Assembly: GCA_013215775.1 (NCBI GenBank)
Contig: JABSQO010000008.1
Coordinates: 1,128-65,127 of the forward strand
Reading direction: 5' to 3'
DNA from: Piscirickettsiaceae bacterium
Lineage (GTDB): Bacteria; Pseudomonadota; Gammaproteobacteria; Nitrosococcales; Methylophagaceae
Length of the DNA: 64,000 nt
Numbering within the stretch: position 1 is the first letter of the stretch; every line of letters starts with the position of its first letter. Below, one piece after another: positions 38,132 through 49,733 of the stretch. The notes under the pieces are model-generated. The model had not been told where the DNA came from. It saw only the letters and a list, made by a program, of their open reading frames with translations, and made no database searches. The position numbers and the translations under genes were made by a program.

Positions 38132-38353
38132 CTACTCTTCGTTAAATGTGACGTTACGGACAGGTACTATTGTTGAAATAGCGTGTTTATAAACCATTTG
38201 ATTCACTGAGTTTTTGAGCAGAATGACAAATTGATCAAACGAATCAATTTGGCCTTGTAGCTTAATACCATTTATCAAAAATATAGATACTTGTACATTT
38301 TCCCGTCTTAATGCATTTAAAAATGGGTCTTGTAATGTTTGCGCTTTAGCCAT
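38132..38353 (-). CDS. hfq: RNA chaperone Hfq
   Basis: 73 aa. [39 protein letters not shown]...[10 protein letters not shown]. Confidence 0.96.
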   Translation of the reverse strand: MAKAQTLQDPFLNALRRENVQVSIFLINGIKLQGQIDSFDQFVILLKNSVNQMVYKHAISTIVPVRNVTFNEE

Positions 38354-38385
38354 TGTGTTCCCCTATTATTATTATTGTTACACTT

Positions 38386-39321
38386 TTATATTTTAGTCTT
38401 TTCTAGACTGCTCATCAATTCAGAACATTGACTCTCTAGAAAGTTCATTACTTGTTCAGTGGGTAATCCATCTCCACTATCAAACCAGACACCATCGTGT
38501 TGCGCTCTCAGCCACGTTAATTGGCGTTTAGCCATTTGTCGAGTAGCAATAATGGCTTTTTCCATCATCGTTTGTTGATCGTATTCACCGGATAAGTACA
38601 TCCACGCTTGACGATAACCCACAGCCCGAATAGACGGCAAATCTGGATGGCAATCCGGCCGGTCAAATAATGATTTTGCTTCATCTATAAAATTATTATT
38701 TATCATAAGCTGATATCTATCCGCAATGCGCTGATGCAGAACACTCCGGTCAAAAGGACTGACGATAATTTTAATCACCCGGTATGCAAGTGACTTTTCT
38801 GTTTCTTTAGTCAATTCTGTCAGAGAATGTCCAGTGATTTCATACACCTCAAGAGCACGCTGTAATCTCTGTGGATCATTGACATGAATTCGTGCTGCTG
38901 AAACAGGATCGACTTTCGTAAGACGAGCATGTAAATGAGCGAGCCCATATTGCTCAATTTCAGCTTCTAATTGGGCTCGAATAAGGGGATCAGCACTCGG
39001 TAAGTCAGCAAGACCTTGCTGCAAGGCCTTGAAATAAAGCATTGTACCGCCCACTAACAAAGGAATCTTTCCTCTAGCAGTGATATCTGCCATCAAACGA
39101 AGAGCATCGTCACGAAATTGACCAACAGAATAACTTTCCGTCGGATCAAGGATATCGACTAAATGATGAGGATATTTTGCTAAGGTATCGGGATCTGGTT
39201 TTGCCGTACCAATATCCATACCACGGTAAACCAATACAGAATCAACACTAATAATTTCTACAGGATAGCGCTTAGCAATCTCTAATGCTAAAGCAGTCTT
39301 ACCTGCTGCCGTTGGCCCCAT
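38386..39321 (-). CDS. miaA: tRNA dimethylallyltransferase
   Basis: 311 aa from the ATG. The P-loop GPTAAGKT starts at residue 2, and the frame stays open upstream to the rho stop ([17 protein letters not shown]) with no ATG, GTG or TTG. The true start may therefore be non-canonical or the ATG itself. Confidence 0.88.
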   Translation of the reverse strand: MGPTAAGKTALALEIAKRYPVEIISVDSVLVYRGMDIGTAKPDPDTLAKYPHHLVDILDPTESYSVGQFRDDALRLMADITARGKIPLLVGGTMLYFKALQQGLADLPSADPLIRAQLEAEIEQYGLAHLHARLTKVDPVSAARIHVNDPQRLQRALEVYEITGHSLTELTKETEKSLAYRVIKIIVSPFDRSVLHQRIADRYQLMINNNFIDEAKSLFDRPDCHPDLPSIRAVGYRQAWMYLSGEYDQQTMMEKAIIATRQMAKRQLTWLRAQHDGVWFDSGDGLPTEQVMNFLESQCSELMSSLEKTKI

Positions 39322-39365
39322 AATAAAGAGAGCCGTTGGATAATGTGCAGTGGTACTAGTCAGGA

Positions 39366-40625
39366 TTAACCCTGTTTCATTGTATCGTAGAATTGCTCAT
39401 TGGTTTTAGTTGCTTTCATGCGATCCATTAAGAATTCCATCGCTGCAATAGGATCCATCGGTGCCAGTATCTTACGTAAAATCCAAAGTTTCTGAAGATC
39501 ATCTGCTGGGGTTAACAACTCTTCCTTACGTGTGCCCGAACGAGTCACATTAATCGCAGGATAGATGCGGCGATCAGCTAACTTACGTTCAAGTTGCAGC
39601 TCCATATTACCGGTACCTTTAAATTCCTCAAAGATAACTTCATCCATACGTGAGCCCGTTTCAACTAGGGCTGTGGCAATGATCGTTAAACTACCACCTT
39701 CTTCAATATTACGTGCCGCACCAAAGAAACGTTTCGGTCTTTGTAATGCATTCGCATCCACACCACCGGTCAACACCTTGCCTGAAGATGGAGCAACAGT
39801 GTTATAAGCACGCGCTAGTCGAGTAATTGAATCAAGTAAGATAACAACATCACGCTTATGCTCAACCAAACGTTTTGCTTTCTCAATCACCATTTCAGCT
39901 ACTTGTACATGTCGCGTAGCAGGTTCATCAAACGTACTAGAAACCACTTCACCGACAACAGATCGTTGCATTTCGGTGACTTCTTCCGGACGTTCATCAA
40001 TTAATAAAACAATTAAGTCACTCTCAGGATAATTGGCCGTAATTGATTGGGCAATCATTTGCAAAATCATTGTTTTACCTGATTTTGGCGGTGCAACAAT
40101 CAATCCCCGCTGCCCCTTACCAATTGGAGAAGCTAAATCAATCAGTCTAGGCGTTAAATCTTCCGTGCTGCCATTACCGCGTTCTAATGTGAATCGTTCA
40201 TTAGGGAATAATGGTGTTAAGTTTTCAAAAGGAACTTTGTTTTTAGATTTTTCTGGCTTTTCGTAATTGAGTTCGTCTACTTTAATCAGAGCAAAATAAC
40301 GCTCACTATCTTTTGGCGATCGAATTTTCCCAGTAATTGTGTCGCCAGTTCTTAAATGGAAACGACGAATTTGACTCGGTGATACGTAAATATCATCTGG
40401 GCCTGACACATAAGACGATTCGGGTGAGCGTAAAAAACCAAACCCATCTTGTAGTAATTCCAGAACTCCCGTCGTGATAACCTCGTCACCTTGTTTTGCA
40501 TGATGTTTGACAATAGCAAAAATCAGATCTTGTTTACGATTGCGAGCTAAACCATCGAGCTTCAGAGAAAGTGCAAGCTCCATAAGCTCAGCAGCGGTCT
40601 GCTTCTTAAGTTCTGTTAAATTCAT
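39366..40625 (-). CDS. rho: Transcription termination factor Rho
   Basis: 419 aa. MNLTELK start, an RNA-binding cold-shock-like domain and Walker A APPKSGKT. Confidence 0.96.
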   Translation of the reverse strand: MNLTELKKQTAAELMELALSLKLDGLARNRKQDLIFAIVKHHAKQGDEVITTGVLELLQDGFGFLRSPESSYVSGPDDIYVSPSQIRRFHLRTGDTITGKIRSPKDSERYFALIKVDELNYEKPEKSKNKVPFENLTPLFPNERFTLERGNGSTEDLTPRLIDLASPIGKGQRGLIVAPPKSGKTMILQMIAQSITANYPESDLIVLLIDERPEEVTEMQRSVVGEVVSSTFDEPATRHVQVAEMVIEKAKRLVEHKRDVVILLDSITRLARAYNTVAPSSGKVLTGGVDANALQRPKRFFGAARNIEEGGSLTIIATALVETGSRMDEVIFEEFKGTGNMELQLERKLADRRIYPAINVTRSGTRKEELLTPADDLQKLWILRKILAPMDPIAAMEFLMDRMKATKTNEQFYDTMKQG

Positions 40626-40832
40626 GTAATACCTAGAATGGGATTTTTCAAATAGAAATAATTAATGAGGCGTGCGAAATGCCACAGTGATAATAAATGG
40701 GGGAAATGTTTTAGGAATTCGTCAGCGATAATAGCAATAAACATTTAGTACGTCTAGCTAAAAACAGAATATTGTGCTTAAAAAGCATTCCGTGTGTCAG
40801 AAAAGATACTTATAGCGATATTTCTTAATCGT

Positions 40833-42032
40833 TTAAATAGTGAAAACTTTAGCAAATTTTCGCTTACCAACCTGAATAATATGTTCAACATTTTGACCAA
40901 TAACCAACTTACGATCAACCACTTTTTCGCCATCAATTTTAACAGCACCTTGTTTGATCATTCGAAATGCTTCTGAGGTGCTTACGGTTAAGCCAGCATC
41001 TTTTAATACATTTGCAATCGCTAGGCCATCACTACCAACAGTCAGTGTGACTTCATTAAGATCATCCGGAATTTGACCTTTTTTAAATTGATTGTCAAAT
41101 CCATCTCGAGCTTGCTGTCCATCCTGATCGCTATGGAAGCGAGCCACAATTTCTTGGGCAAAGTCTTTCTTAATTTCAATTGGATTACGACCAGCTGCTA
41201 CATCATCACGCCATTGTTGAATTTCAGTGATATTTCTAAAACTCAACAAATCAATATAACGCCACATCAAATCATCTGAAATTGACATAATTTTACCAAA
41301 GATATCCTTAGGACTATCACTAATACCAATAGTGTTATTGAGCGATTTAGACATTTTCTGTACACCATCTAATCCTTCCAATATTGGCATTGTTAAGATG
41401 GTTTGTTGAGGTTTACCGTAGGCTTTTTGTAATTCTCGCCCCATTAACAAGTTAAATTTTTGATCGGTGCCGCCCAACTCAACATCAGCTTCTAATTCAA
41501 CGGAATCATATCCTTGAATTAAAGGGTATAAAAACTCATGAATAGCAATGGGTTGTCCACTTTTATATCGCTTACTAAAATCATCACGTTCTAACATTCG
41601 TGCTACCGTGTGATTTGATGCCAGATGGATCATATCTGCTGATGAAAGTTTGTTCATCCAATGTGAATTGAACACCACTTTAGTTTTTTCTGGATCAAGA
41701 ATTTTAAACACCTGCTCTTGATAAGACTTGGCATTTTCTTGCACTTGTTCCGGTGTTAATGGTTTCCGCGTAACATTTTTACCTGTGGGATCACCTATCA
41801 TGCCAGTGAAATCCCCGATTAAAAATAAAATTTCATGGCCCAAATCCTGAAACTGTTTCAACTTATTTAATAAAACAGTGTGACCAAGATGTAAATCCGG
41901 TGCCGTAGGGTCAAACCCTGCTTTAATGCGAAGTGGACGGCCAGTTTCTAGCTTCTCGATCAGCTCACTTTCAACGAGTATTTCTTCAGCACCACGTCGT
42001 ATTTCAGCCATCGCTTGTTGCACAGAAACCAT
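40833..42032 (-). CDS. tyrS: Tyrosyl-tRNA synthetase
   Basis: 399 aa. HIGH motif (DLHLGH), KMSKS present (QKMSKS) and a C-terminal S4-like domain. Confidence 0.93.
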   Translation of the reverse strand: MVSVQQAMAEIRRGAEEILVESELIEKLETGRPLRIKAGFDPTAPDLHLGHTVLLNKLKQFQDLGHEILFLIGDFTGMIGDPTGKNVTRKPLTPEQVQENAKSYQEQVFKILDPEKTKVVFNSHWMNKLSSADMIHLASNHTVARMLERDDFSKRYKSGQPIAIHEFLYPLIQGYDSVELEADVELGGTDQKFNLLMGRELQKAYGKPQQTILTMPILEGLDGVQKMSKSLNNTIGISDSPKDIFGKIMSISDDLMWRYIDLLSFRNITEIQQWRDDVAAGRNPIEIKKDFAQEIVARFHSDQDGQQARDGFDNQFKKGQIPDDLNEVTLTVGSDGLAIANVLKDAGLTVSTSEAFRMIKQGAVKIDGEKVVDRKLVIGQNVEHIIQVGKRKFAKVFTI

Positions 42033-42156
42033 TTACTTCTCCCAAAAAACTTTGAATTTTCGCGAATAGTATCACAACATAGGTCAAGAAAGGCTTCCAT
42101 TTCAATGAAAATACTGCGAAAATGCGCCATTACTATAGTGTAGTTAGAGTTTATCG

Positions 42157-43680
42157 ATGAAACGAAACAAATTAATACGCTCATCTGATCAGAAAAACAT
42201 TTTTTCTAATACCGCACGACGCACGGATAAACTCCGCAACTTCTTAGTCCTATCATTACTCACATTTGCAGGCGTTTTCATTACCAGTATTGTGTTGGCA
42301 ACAAGTGAGCCTGTTGGTAAAACGAATCAATCTCAAATAATTGACCTACCCAATTTATCTGCTGAACTGCAAGTTTTATCTACGTCAGATCAACAATCCG
42401 TTCAAAGCCAAATAGCATTACCAAAATTATCAACGTCAGAAGCAATTTCTACCGACGAAAACGAAATATTCATTGATGAAACCCATTTAACTGAACTAGC
42501 GGCCATTGAACAAGCGTCATTAACCTCAATTGAAATGATGGCGGATGAACCCACATTAGATGTACAAATTCTTGATTGGCAACAAGTGACTGTGAAATCA
42601 GGCGATAACCTATCAGTTATCTTCCCCCGTGTTGGATTATCTGCTCGTGATGTTTATAACGTTGCACAGATAGGCAACGATATTAAACCACTCCTTAATT
42701 TAAAACCTGGTCAAACACTACGCTTTGGCATTGCGACACAACAAGATTCCAAGCAGTTACAACAATTACAGTTACTGCTTAGCCCAATTAAGACGCTAAA
42801 CATTATTTCGACAACGGATGGTTATCAAGCGACTGTGCTTACACGTGAAGTCGAACAACGCCAAATGCATGCCACAGGAAAAATTGAGAGTTCATTGTTT
42901 GAAGCTGGCAAACAAGCAGGTTTGTCCGATAAATTAGTGATGGAACTGGCTTATATTTTTGGTTGGGATATTGATTTTGCATTGGATTTACGCAAAGACG
43001 ATCATTTTAAACTGATTTACTCTGAAAACTATCTTGATGGCGATAAAATTGCTGATGGTGCCATTGTAGCGGCAGAGTTTACCAACCAAGGTAAAACATT
43101 CAGTGCTGTTCGTTATACTGATAATACGGGTTTAAGTCGTTATTATTCTCCTAAAGGCGACAGTATGCGTAAAGCCTTTAGTCGGACCCCTGTTCACTTC
43201 TCACGTATTAGTTCACGCTTTAATCCAAATCGTAAACACCCTGTACTCAAAACACGTCGACCTCACCGTGGTGTTGATTATGCCGCTGCTAGAGGTACAC
43301 CTATTCTTGCAACAGGAGATGGTAAAGTTGATTTTGCTGGTACAAAAGGTGGCTATGGTCGTACAGTCATCCTAACGCATGGTGGTAAATACACTACTTT
43401 ATATGCCCATATGTCACGTTATAAAAGTGGTATAAAACGTGGAAAACGTGTCCGTCAAGGTGATGTCATTGGCTATATTGGTAGTAGTGGTTTAGCAACC
43501 GGCCCCCATTTGCATTACGAGTTCCGTGTCAATGGTGTTCACCGTAATCCGTTAACAGTTACTTTACCGAAAGCAGAAGCTTTAGCTAAAAAATATCGTG
43601 TAGATTTTGAGCAAAAATCACAACTCTTATTAGCTCAACTTGATAAAGTCAATAATAATATCTTGGCGCTTAACGATTAA
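42157..43680 (+). CDS. Membrane-anchored M23 (LytM-type) murein endopeptidase with an OapA/LysM-like domain
   Basis: 507 aa. N-terminal TM. VTVKSGDNLSVIFPRVGLSARDV resembles OapA/LysM. M23 catalytic motifs HRGVDYAA and GPHLHYEF. Confidence 0.85.
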   Translation: MKRNKLIRSSDQKNIFSNTARRTDKLRNFLVLSLLTFAGVFITSIVLATSEPVGKTNQSQIIDLPNLSAELQVLSTSDQQSVQSQIALPKLSTSEAISTDENEIFIDETHLTELAAIEQASLTSIEMMADEPTLDVQILDWQQVTVKSGDNLSVIFPRVGLSARDVYNVAQIGNDIKPLLNLKPGQTLRFGIATQQDSKQLQQLQLLLSPIKTLNIISTTDGYQATVLTREVEQRQMHATGKIESSLFEAGKQAGLSDKLVMELAYIFGWDIDFALDLRKDDHFKLIYSENYLDGDKIADGAIVAAEFTNQGKTFSAVRYTDNTGLSRYYSPKGDSMRKAFSRTPVHFSRISSRFNPNRKHPVLKTRRPHRGVDYAAARGTPILATGDGKVDFAGTKGGYGRTVILTHGGKYTTLYAHMSRYKSGIKRGKRVRQGDVIGYIGSSGLATGPHLHYEFRVNGVHRNPLTVTLPKAEALAKKYRVDFEQKSQLLLAQLDKVNNNILALND

Positions 43681-43692
43681 GATTTTTCATCT

Positions 43693-44805
43693 GTGAGCTA
43701 TTACATTGGAGTCATGTCAGGTACCAGCTTAGATGGTATTGATGTCACTATCACTGAGTTTACAGCATCAAATACCTGCAAACTTATTGCTGCTCAAACC
43801 TTTCCATTTCCAGCTAAACTGCAATCCAAATTATTTACATTAATCAATGATCAACAGTGTGAATTGCGTGAATTAGGTGAGTTAGATATTGCACTAGGCC
43901 AATTGATAGCCCAATCTGTTAATCAGCTTTTAAATACCCATCACTTAAAAGCCAGTGATATTTCAGCTATTGGCAGTCATGGGCAAACGTTATATCACTC
44001 ACCCAATGGTGATTACCCATTCAGCATGCAAATTGGCAATGCTGATGTGATAGCGGAATTAACTCAAATTACAACTGTGGCTGATTTTCGTCAGCGTGAC
44101 ATTGCAGCTCAGGGTCAAGGCGCACCGCTAGTGCCCTCTTTCCACCATGAGCTATTTGCAGACCCTCAACATGATCGCGCTATCGTAAATATCGGTGGTA
44201 TTAGTAACATCACATCACTACCTTCTGATAGAAAACAGGCCATTTTAGGGTTTGACACTGGTCCAGGGAATGTCCTGTTAGATGGCTGGATCGCACGACA
44301 TCAACAACAAGATTACGATCAACAAGGCCAATGGGCAGAGACAGGTCAATATAATAATGAATTATTGGCTGAATTTCTCAATGAACCCTATTTTCAGCAA
44401 TCTATTCCTAAAAGCACTGGTCGCGAGCTATTTAACATGGCTTGGTTGGACAAAAAACTGGCTCAATTTAACCAACCAATTTCTGCTGTTGACGTGCAAG
44501 CAACGCTAGTGCAATTAACTGCATCTAGCATTGCAAATGACATCACACATTATAGTAACAACTGTAAATCTGTGTTTATTTGTGGTGGTGGCGCTCATAA
44601 TGATTACTTAATGTCACGACTGAAACTATTATTAAAAGATATTGAAGTAACCACTACCGAGACTTTAGGATTGCATCCTGATTGGGTTGAAGCCTGTGCC
44701 TTTGCTTGGCTAGCATACAGAACGTTACACGGGAAAGCTGGCAATGCACCTTCCGTGACGGGGGCAACACATTCGGTAATACTCGGCGCTATTCACTCAG
44801 CCTAG
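43693..44805 (+). CDS. anmK: Anhydro-N-acetylmuramic acid kinase
   Basis: 370 aa with a GTG start. YIGVMSGTSLDGIDV and FDTGPGNVLLD motifs. Confidence 0.9.
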   Translation: MSYYIGVMSGTSLDGIDVTITEFTASNTCKLIAAQTFPFPAKLQSKLFTLINDQQCELRELGELDIALGQLIAQSVNQLLNTHHLKASDISAIGSHGQTLYHSPNGDYPFSMQIGNADVIAELTQITTVADFRQRDIAAQGQGAPLVPSFHHELFADPQHDRAIVNIGGISNITSLPSDRKQAILGFDTGPGNVLLDGWIARHQQQDYDQQGQWAETGQYNNELLAEFLNEPYFQQSIPKSTGRELFNMAWLDKKLAQFNQPISAVDVQATLVQLTASSIANDITHYSNNCKSVFICGGGAHNDYLMSRLKLLLKDIEVTTTETLGLHPDWVEACAFAWLAYRTLHGKAGNAPSVTGATHSVILGAIHSA

Positions 44806-45191
44806 TCATCTAGTGATGATGCATATTCTTCTGACGACAATAGACCTTCAATATCAGTCGCATTATCTGGCTGTATCTTAAATAGCCAACCATTGCCAAA
44901 TGAATCTTCATTGATCAGTTCAGGCTCATCTTCTAGTGCTGTATTGACAGCTGAAATCTCGCCATTGACCGGCATATAAATATCTGACGCAGCCTTAACG
45001 GATTCTAACAACATGCACTCTTCTTTAGCTGCAAACCGTTGTCCCACTTCAGGCAATTCAGCAAAGACTAAGTCGCCTAATAAATCCTGTGCGTGGTCAG
45101 TAATGCCCACAGTAATTTCACCCGTTTCTTCAAGTCTAAGCCACTCATGGGTATCAGCATATTTTAAGGTATTCGGATTATCCATTAACAA
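44802..45191 (-). CDS. gcvH: Lipoyl-carrier protein, GcvH family (orphan; no gcvT or gcvP in the window)
   Basis: 129 aa. LKYADTHEWL and the lipoyl-lysine motif LESVKAASDIYMPVNGEI. Its start overlaps the malQ stop by 7 nt. Confidence 0.85.
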   Translation of the reverse strand: MLMDNPNTLKYADTHEWLRLEETGEITVGITDHAQDLLGDLVFAELPEVGQRFAAKEECMLLESVKAASDIYMPVNGEISAVNTALEDEPELINEDSFGNGWLFKIQPDNATDIEGLLSSEEYASSLDD

Positions 45192-46639
45192 CGTCCATAC
45201 AATTTATTTAAATATTTAAATCTAGTTGCACAATCTTCACTAATCATATTCCAATCAAAACGCCAGTTCCAGTTACCTTCTGTAGTACCTGGTACATTCA
45301 TTCTATGATCGCCATCTAAGCTCAAAATATCTTGCATTGGTATTACGGAAAGTTCCGAAACAGACTCAAGTGAAGCTCGAATAAGTAGCCATGGCATAGT
45401 TTCATGTGACCCACCTAAATATTCATAAACTCGTTCTTTAGTATGGTCATCTAATTCTTCAAACCAACCTAGCGTTGTATTATTATCGTGCGTTCCGGTA
45501 TAAGACACGCTATCCACCGTATGAGAGTGTGGTAAATAAGGGTTCGTACCATCATCACCAAAAGCAAACTGTAGGATCTTCATGCCTGGCATTGCATATT
45601 TTTCACGTAGTGCTACAACGTCATCAGTAATGATGCCAAGATCTTCAGCTACGAAGGGTAGCTCACCAAAAGTACTTACTAACTGGCTGAATAATGCATC
45701 CCCCGGTGCTTTCACCCATTCACCATCAATGGCTGTTTCACAATCGGCTGGAATTTCCCAACAGGCTTCAAAGCCTCTAAAGTGATCAATACGAATCATA
45801 TCGAACATGTCTAATTGTGTTTTTATACGCTGCTGCCACCAAAGAAAATCTTGGTCGATATGCTGTTGCCAACGATATAAAGGGTTACCCCAACGTTGAC
45901 CTGTTTCCGAAAAATAATCTGGTGGCACACCAGCAACTTTTGTAGTGTGGCCTTCTTTATCCAGCGTAAATAATTCAGGGTTAGCCCACACATCAGCGCT
46001 ATCATGAGCTACAAAGATAGGTACATCACCAAATAGTAAAATACCGCGCTCATTGGCGTAGTCTTTAAGTGCATGCCATTGCTGAAAGAATAAAAACTGA
46101 CCAAACCGGCGAATATCCAACGACTCATCTCGCTCGTGCTTTATTTTATTAATAGCAGATGCATGCCTGTCTCGTAGTGCTTTTGGCCATTGATACCATG
46201 GTGTAGTGTGATTTAGGCGTCGAATTTCTCGATAAAGAACGTAATCATCTAACCAATATTTCTCATTTTGACAGAACTCTATAAAAGCAGATTTCTCGTT
46301 AACACTCGCATTTTTCCTAAACTGACGGTAGGCATGCACCAATTTGATAAGAAATGTATCCCCTGGGAAACCCTCGTCATCAGCCCATACTTGCTGTTTA
46401 ACCATATCCATACAGACTAATCTAGGATTAGATGCATGAGCAGATAAACACTGATATGGCGAACCATCACTATGTGTTGGCCCTAATGGCAACATTTGCC
46501 AAACAGTGACGCCCGATGCTTGCAGAAAATCTACAAACTGATAAGCATCTTGACCTAAATTAGCCGCAGGCAAACTAGTGATATGAAGTAATACCCCTGC
46601 TCGCCTTTGTTGAAATACTCGCGCTTGTTGCAATGCCAT
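45185..46639 (-). CDS. malQ: 4-alpha-glucanotransferase (amylomaltase, GH77)
   Basis: 484 aa. RAGVLLHITSLP start, RIDHFRGF and VSYTGTHDNNT motifs. Confidence 0.9.
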   Translation of the reverse strand: MALQQARVFQQRRAGVLLHITSLPAANLGQDAYQFVDFLQASGVTVWQMLPLGPTHSDGSPYQCLSAHASNPRLVCMDMVKQQVWADDEGFPGDTFLIKLVHAYRQFRKNASVNEKSAFIEFCQNEKYWLDDYVLYREIRRLNHTTPWYQWPKALRDRHASAINKIKHERDESLDIRRFGQFLFFQQWHALKDYANERGILLFGDVPIFVAHDSADVWANPELFTLDKEGHTTKVAGVPPDYFSETGQRWGNPLYRWQQHIDQDFLWWQQRIKTQLDMFDMIRIDHFRGFEACWEIPADCETAIDGEWVKAPGDALFSQLVSTFGELPFVAEDLGIITDDVVALREKYAMPGMKILQFAFGDDGTNPYLPHSHTVDSVSYTGTHDNNTTLGWFEELDDHTKERVYEYLGGSHETMPWLLIRASLESVSELSVIPMQDILSLDGDHRMNVPGTTEGNWNWRFDWNMISEDCATRFKYLNKLYGRC

Positions 46640-46644
46640 CTTAG

Positions 46645-48360
46645 TTAATTTTCACCACCACGACGCATTGTGCCGCCTTGCTCAATACCACCACCACCGT
46701 GAGACACGGTTTCAGATAAACTTTGAGGTACTTCTTCGCCCAACATTTGGTAAAGGTTAGACAAGTGCAGACGGAATAAACGTTCAAAATCACTGACGCT
46801 GTCTGCTGAATTGTAATCACCAAACCACCAGAACCAATCTGAGCCTTCACAAATAGCTAATTGCCTCAATATGGCATGTTTAGTTTCTGGTTCAAAGGTT
46901 TGCTCAGCCATCACACGATCGAAGGTTTGTTTGGCCTTACTTAATAGATCCCAACCACGGTTCTTATCGGCATCACCTATCCATGTTGAAAATGAACCAT
47001 ACACCCAACTACCGGCGACCATTTTGGGCAATTCAGCTGGATGGACACCATTATTCAAACTTTCAGAGAAAGTCGTTAACTCTAATTCTGGATGCTCGGC
47101 TAATCGCCGATAAAGATCTTGCAAGAAATAATAACCATTATAGGAATAATATTCCCACGCATTCTCACCATCCAATATCACCGATACAACACGATTGTCA
47201 TCACCTTCTGTACCCGCTTTAATGGTTAGTAAATGGTTTATAAAATCATTTACAGCATCTTCAGCGCTCCACTTGGTGTAAGTAAAACCAATCAAGTCAG
47301 ATAAACCGTCATCGCGGAAAAAACATGCTGGTGTCGCACCCGGTAATTTATAGGGCTTATAAATACTGGCATCTTGCATTTCAGACAGGTTAAAACTGTT
47401 ACGTAATACATTTTCACCAGTCGCAGTCCAGGTAAAACCATGTTGAGAAATGATTTTCATTGTCTCTGTCGAGACAGCACCTTCAGATGGCCAACAGCCT
47501 TTTGGTCGGAAACCAAAGAAAGATTCAAATACGCGCAGTCCTTCTTCCATATGCCAATGAACTCGTTCTTCACCACCTGGATACGTTGCAATCTCAGGCA
47601 ACGGAGAGTCGGGCATTGCCTCATGGGTTGTTTTAATATCAAGCATTAACGGTACGATAGGATGCGCATAAGGTGTCACTGACAGCTCTACTCGACCTGT
47701 TTCTGCCAAACGGCGATATCGGGGAATAAGATCACTTAATAATTCACCAATCACTATCATTAATTGACGACGATCATGGAAGTTGAATAATTTAGCCTTT
47801 TTCATTAATCCTTGAATTCGCACATCTGAACGTCGAACTGTTTCACCCATCCAAGCTAAGTGATACCACACCACCATATCAACCATAAATTGGTCGTTTA
47901 TATAGTTTAGCTGCTCTGAATCTTCCAAAAATCTGCGAGCCATCTCTGCTAATTTTGCAAAATGTGGGAAAGGTGCGATTAATTTCTCTTCATTAGCACG
48001 TAAACAATCGCTGATAAGCTTCTTACGCTCTTCAGCACTTGCAGGCTGCACTGGCGAATCTAAGGCCATTAGCAAGGGATCTTTCAATCGCCCCGTACCT
48101 TTGAACCGTGACTTTACTTGCTCATCATAATCAGCAATTTGTTCCAATAATGTTGGGGCAAAGTTAACAACTGCTTTTGCACCGGGCACATTTTCCAAGT
48201 GCCAAGCCATATCAACATAATCTTTAATGACATGTAGATAAGTCCACGGTAAGTGGTACATGCCACCCATCGGCTCATTATATTGTGGCTGGTGCATATG
48301 CCAGCACAGAACAACTTTTAATTTATTTGTTTTTTTCAAATTCACTACATTATCTGACAT
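46645..48360 (-). CDS. Glycoside hydrolase family 57 protein (alpha-glucan-active; exact activity not assignable)
   Basis: 571 aa. [11 protein letters not shown] start, [12 protein letters not shown], and a GH57-typical layout inside a glycogen operon. Confidence 0.75.
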   Translation of the reverse strand: MSDNVVNLKKTNKLKVVLCWHMHQPQYNEPMGGMYHLPWTYLHVIKDYVDMAWHLENVPGAKAVVNFAPTLLEQIADYDEQVKSRFKGTGRLKDPLLMALDSPVQPASAEERKKLISDCLRANEEKLIAPFPHFAKLAEMARRFLEDSEQLNYINDQFMVDMVVWYHLAWMGETVRRSDVRIQGLMKKAKLFNFHDRRQLMIVIGELLSDLIPRYRRLAETGRVELSVTPYAHPIVPLMLDIKTTHEAMPDSPLPEIATYPGGEERVHWHMEEGLRVFESFFGFRPKGCWPSEGAVSTETMKIISQHGFTWTATGENVLRNSFNLSEMQDASIYKPYKLPGATPACFFRDDGLSDLIGFTYTKWSAEDAVNDFINHLLTIKAGTEGDDNRVVSVILDGENAWEYYSYNGYYFLQDLYRRLAEHPELELTTFSESLNNGVHPAELPKMVAGSWVYGSFSTWIGDADKNRGWDLLSKAKQTFDRVMAEQTFEPETKHAILRQLAICEGSDWFWWFGDYNSADSVSDFERLFRLHLSNLYQMLGEEVPQSLSETVSHGGGGIEQGGTMRRGGEN

Positions 48361-49618
48361 GTCGGTATTGCTGCCCTAACATTTCTGGAGTGACGAGTAC
48401 CACACCTTCGGGTGACACTTCATATTTTTCTGCATCTGCAACAGGATCTTCACCAATCACAGTACCTTCTGGCACAATACAACCTTTATCAAACACTACT
48501 TTTGTCAGACGACAATGTCGGTTGACCGTGACATCAGGCAAGATCACACAATCCTGGATAATTGAATAGCTGTGTATTTGTACTTTCGAAAATAAGACTG
48601 AATGTCTAACCGTTGAACCGGAAATAATACATCCACCAGAAATCATAGAGTCCACAGCCGTACCACGACGTTCATCATCATCAAACACAAATTTTGCCGG
48701 TGGAAGTTGTGCTTGGTAGGTCCAGATTGGCCAGTTATCATCATAAAGATTTAACTCTGGTGTAATGCCGATTAATTCTAAATTAGCCGACCAGAACGCA
48801 TCAATCGTACCAACATCACGCCAGTAGCCAGGGTCATTACCTTGCACATCTTTGTATGGGTGTGCGATGACTTTATAGTTATCAATCAGTGATGGAATAA
48901 TATCGTGACCAAAATCGTTGGTTGAACCTGGTGTATCAGCATCTTTAATCAATTGCTCATACAAAAATGCAGCATTGAAAATATAAATTCCCATTGATGC
49001 TAATGCCAAATCACTACTGCCTGGCATTGGGTTTGGATTTGCTGGCTTTTCAGTAAATTCTCTAATTCGATAATCATCATCAACTGACATAACACCGAAT
49101 TCTTTGGCTTCTTTCAGAGATACAGTCAAACAACCAATGGTCATATCCGCATTTTTAGCCACATGCTCAGCCAACATATCACCGTAGTCCATTTTGTAGA
49201 TATGATCGCCCGCCAAAATTACAATATATTTTGGTCCATGATTTCGTAAGATATCAATATTTTGATATACCGCATCTGCTGTGCCTTTATACCAACTTTG
49301 TTCTGTCCGTTGCGAGGCAGGTAACAATTCAACAAACTCACCCATTTCACCCCGCATATAGCCCCAACCCTGCTGAATATGGCGCATTAATGAATGTGCT
49401 TTATATTGCGTTAAGATACCGATTCTACGAATACCTGAGTTGACACAGTTTGATAGCGGAAAATCGATAATTCTAAACTTGCCACCAAAAGCGACAGCGG
49501 GCTTTGCTCGCCAATCTGTTAATTGCTTTAAACGTGATCCACGACCGCCGGCCAAAATAAGGGCTAAAGTATCTTTAGTAAGACGACTTACAAATCGCGT
49601 GCTATCATTCTCTGACAT
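48350..49618 (-). CDS. glgC: Glucose-1-phosphate adenylyltransferase
   Basis: 422 aa. [31 protein letters not shown] and the C-terminal left-handed beta-helix. Confidence 0.93.
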   Translation of the reverse strand: MSENDSTRFVSRLTKDTLALILAGGRGSRLKQLTDWRAKPAVAFGGKFRIIDFPLSNCVNSGIRRIGILTQYKAHSLMRHIQQGWGYMRGEMGEFVELLPASQRTEQSWYKGTADAVYQNIDILRNHGPKYIVILAGDHIYKMDYGDMLAEHVAKNADMTIGCLTVSLKEAKEFGVMSVDDDYRIREFTEKPANPNPMPGSSDLALASMGIYIFNAAFLYEQLIKDADTPGSTNDFGHDIIPSLIDNYKVIAHPYKDVQGNDPGYWRDVGTIDAFWSANLELIGITPELNLYDDNWPIWTYQAQLPPAKFVFDDDERRGTAVDSMISGGCIISGSTVRHSVLFSKVQIHSYSIIQDCVILPDVTVNRHCRLTKVVFDKGCIVPEGTVIGEDPVADAEKYEVSPEGVVLVTPEMLGQQYRHVR

Positions 49619-49733
49619 AAAACATCTCCAAACGGGGGTGAGTGAACAAGCTTATAAGGCATGTATCATACCGTATTAGCCCGATTTAATCACCTTAAAT
49701 ATTGCACAAAATTACGAAATCAGGAATAAAAGC

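Noticed and set aside
40626-40832. The 207-bp region upstream of rho, checked for a small RNA, a small ORF or a missing trxA.
   Set aside because: I saw no convincing ORF, hairpin-plus-T-tract or conserved RNA motif. A long untranslated leader is normal for rho, which is autoregulated by attenuation.
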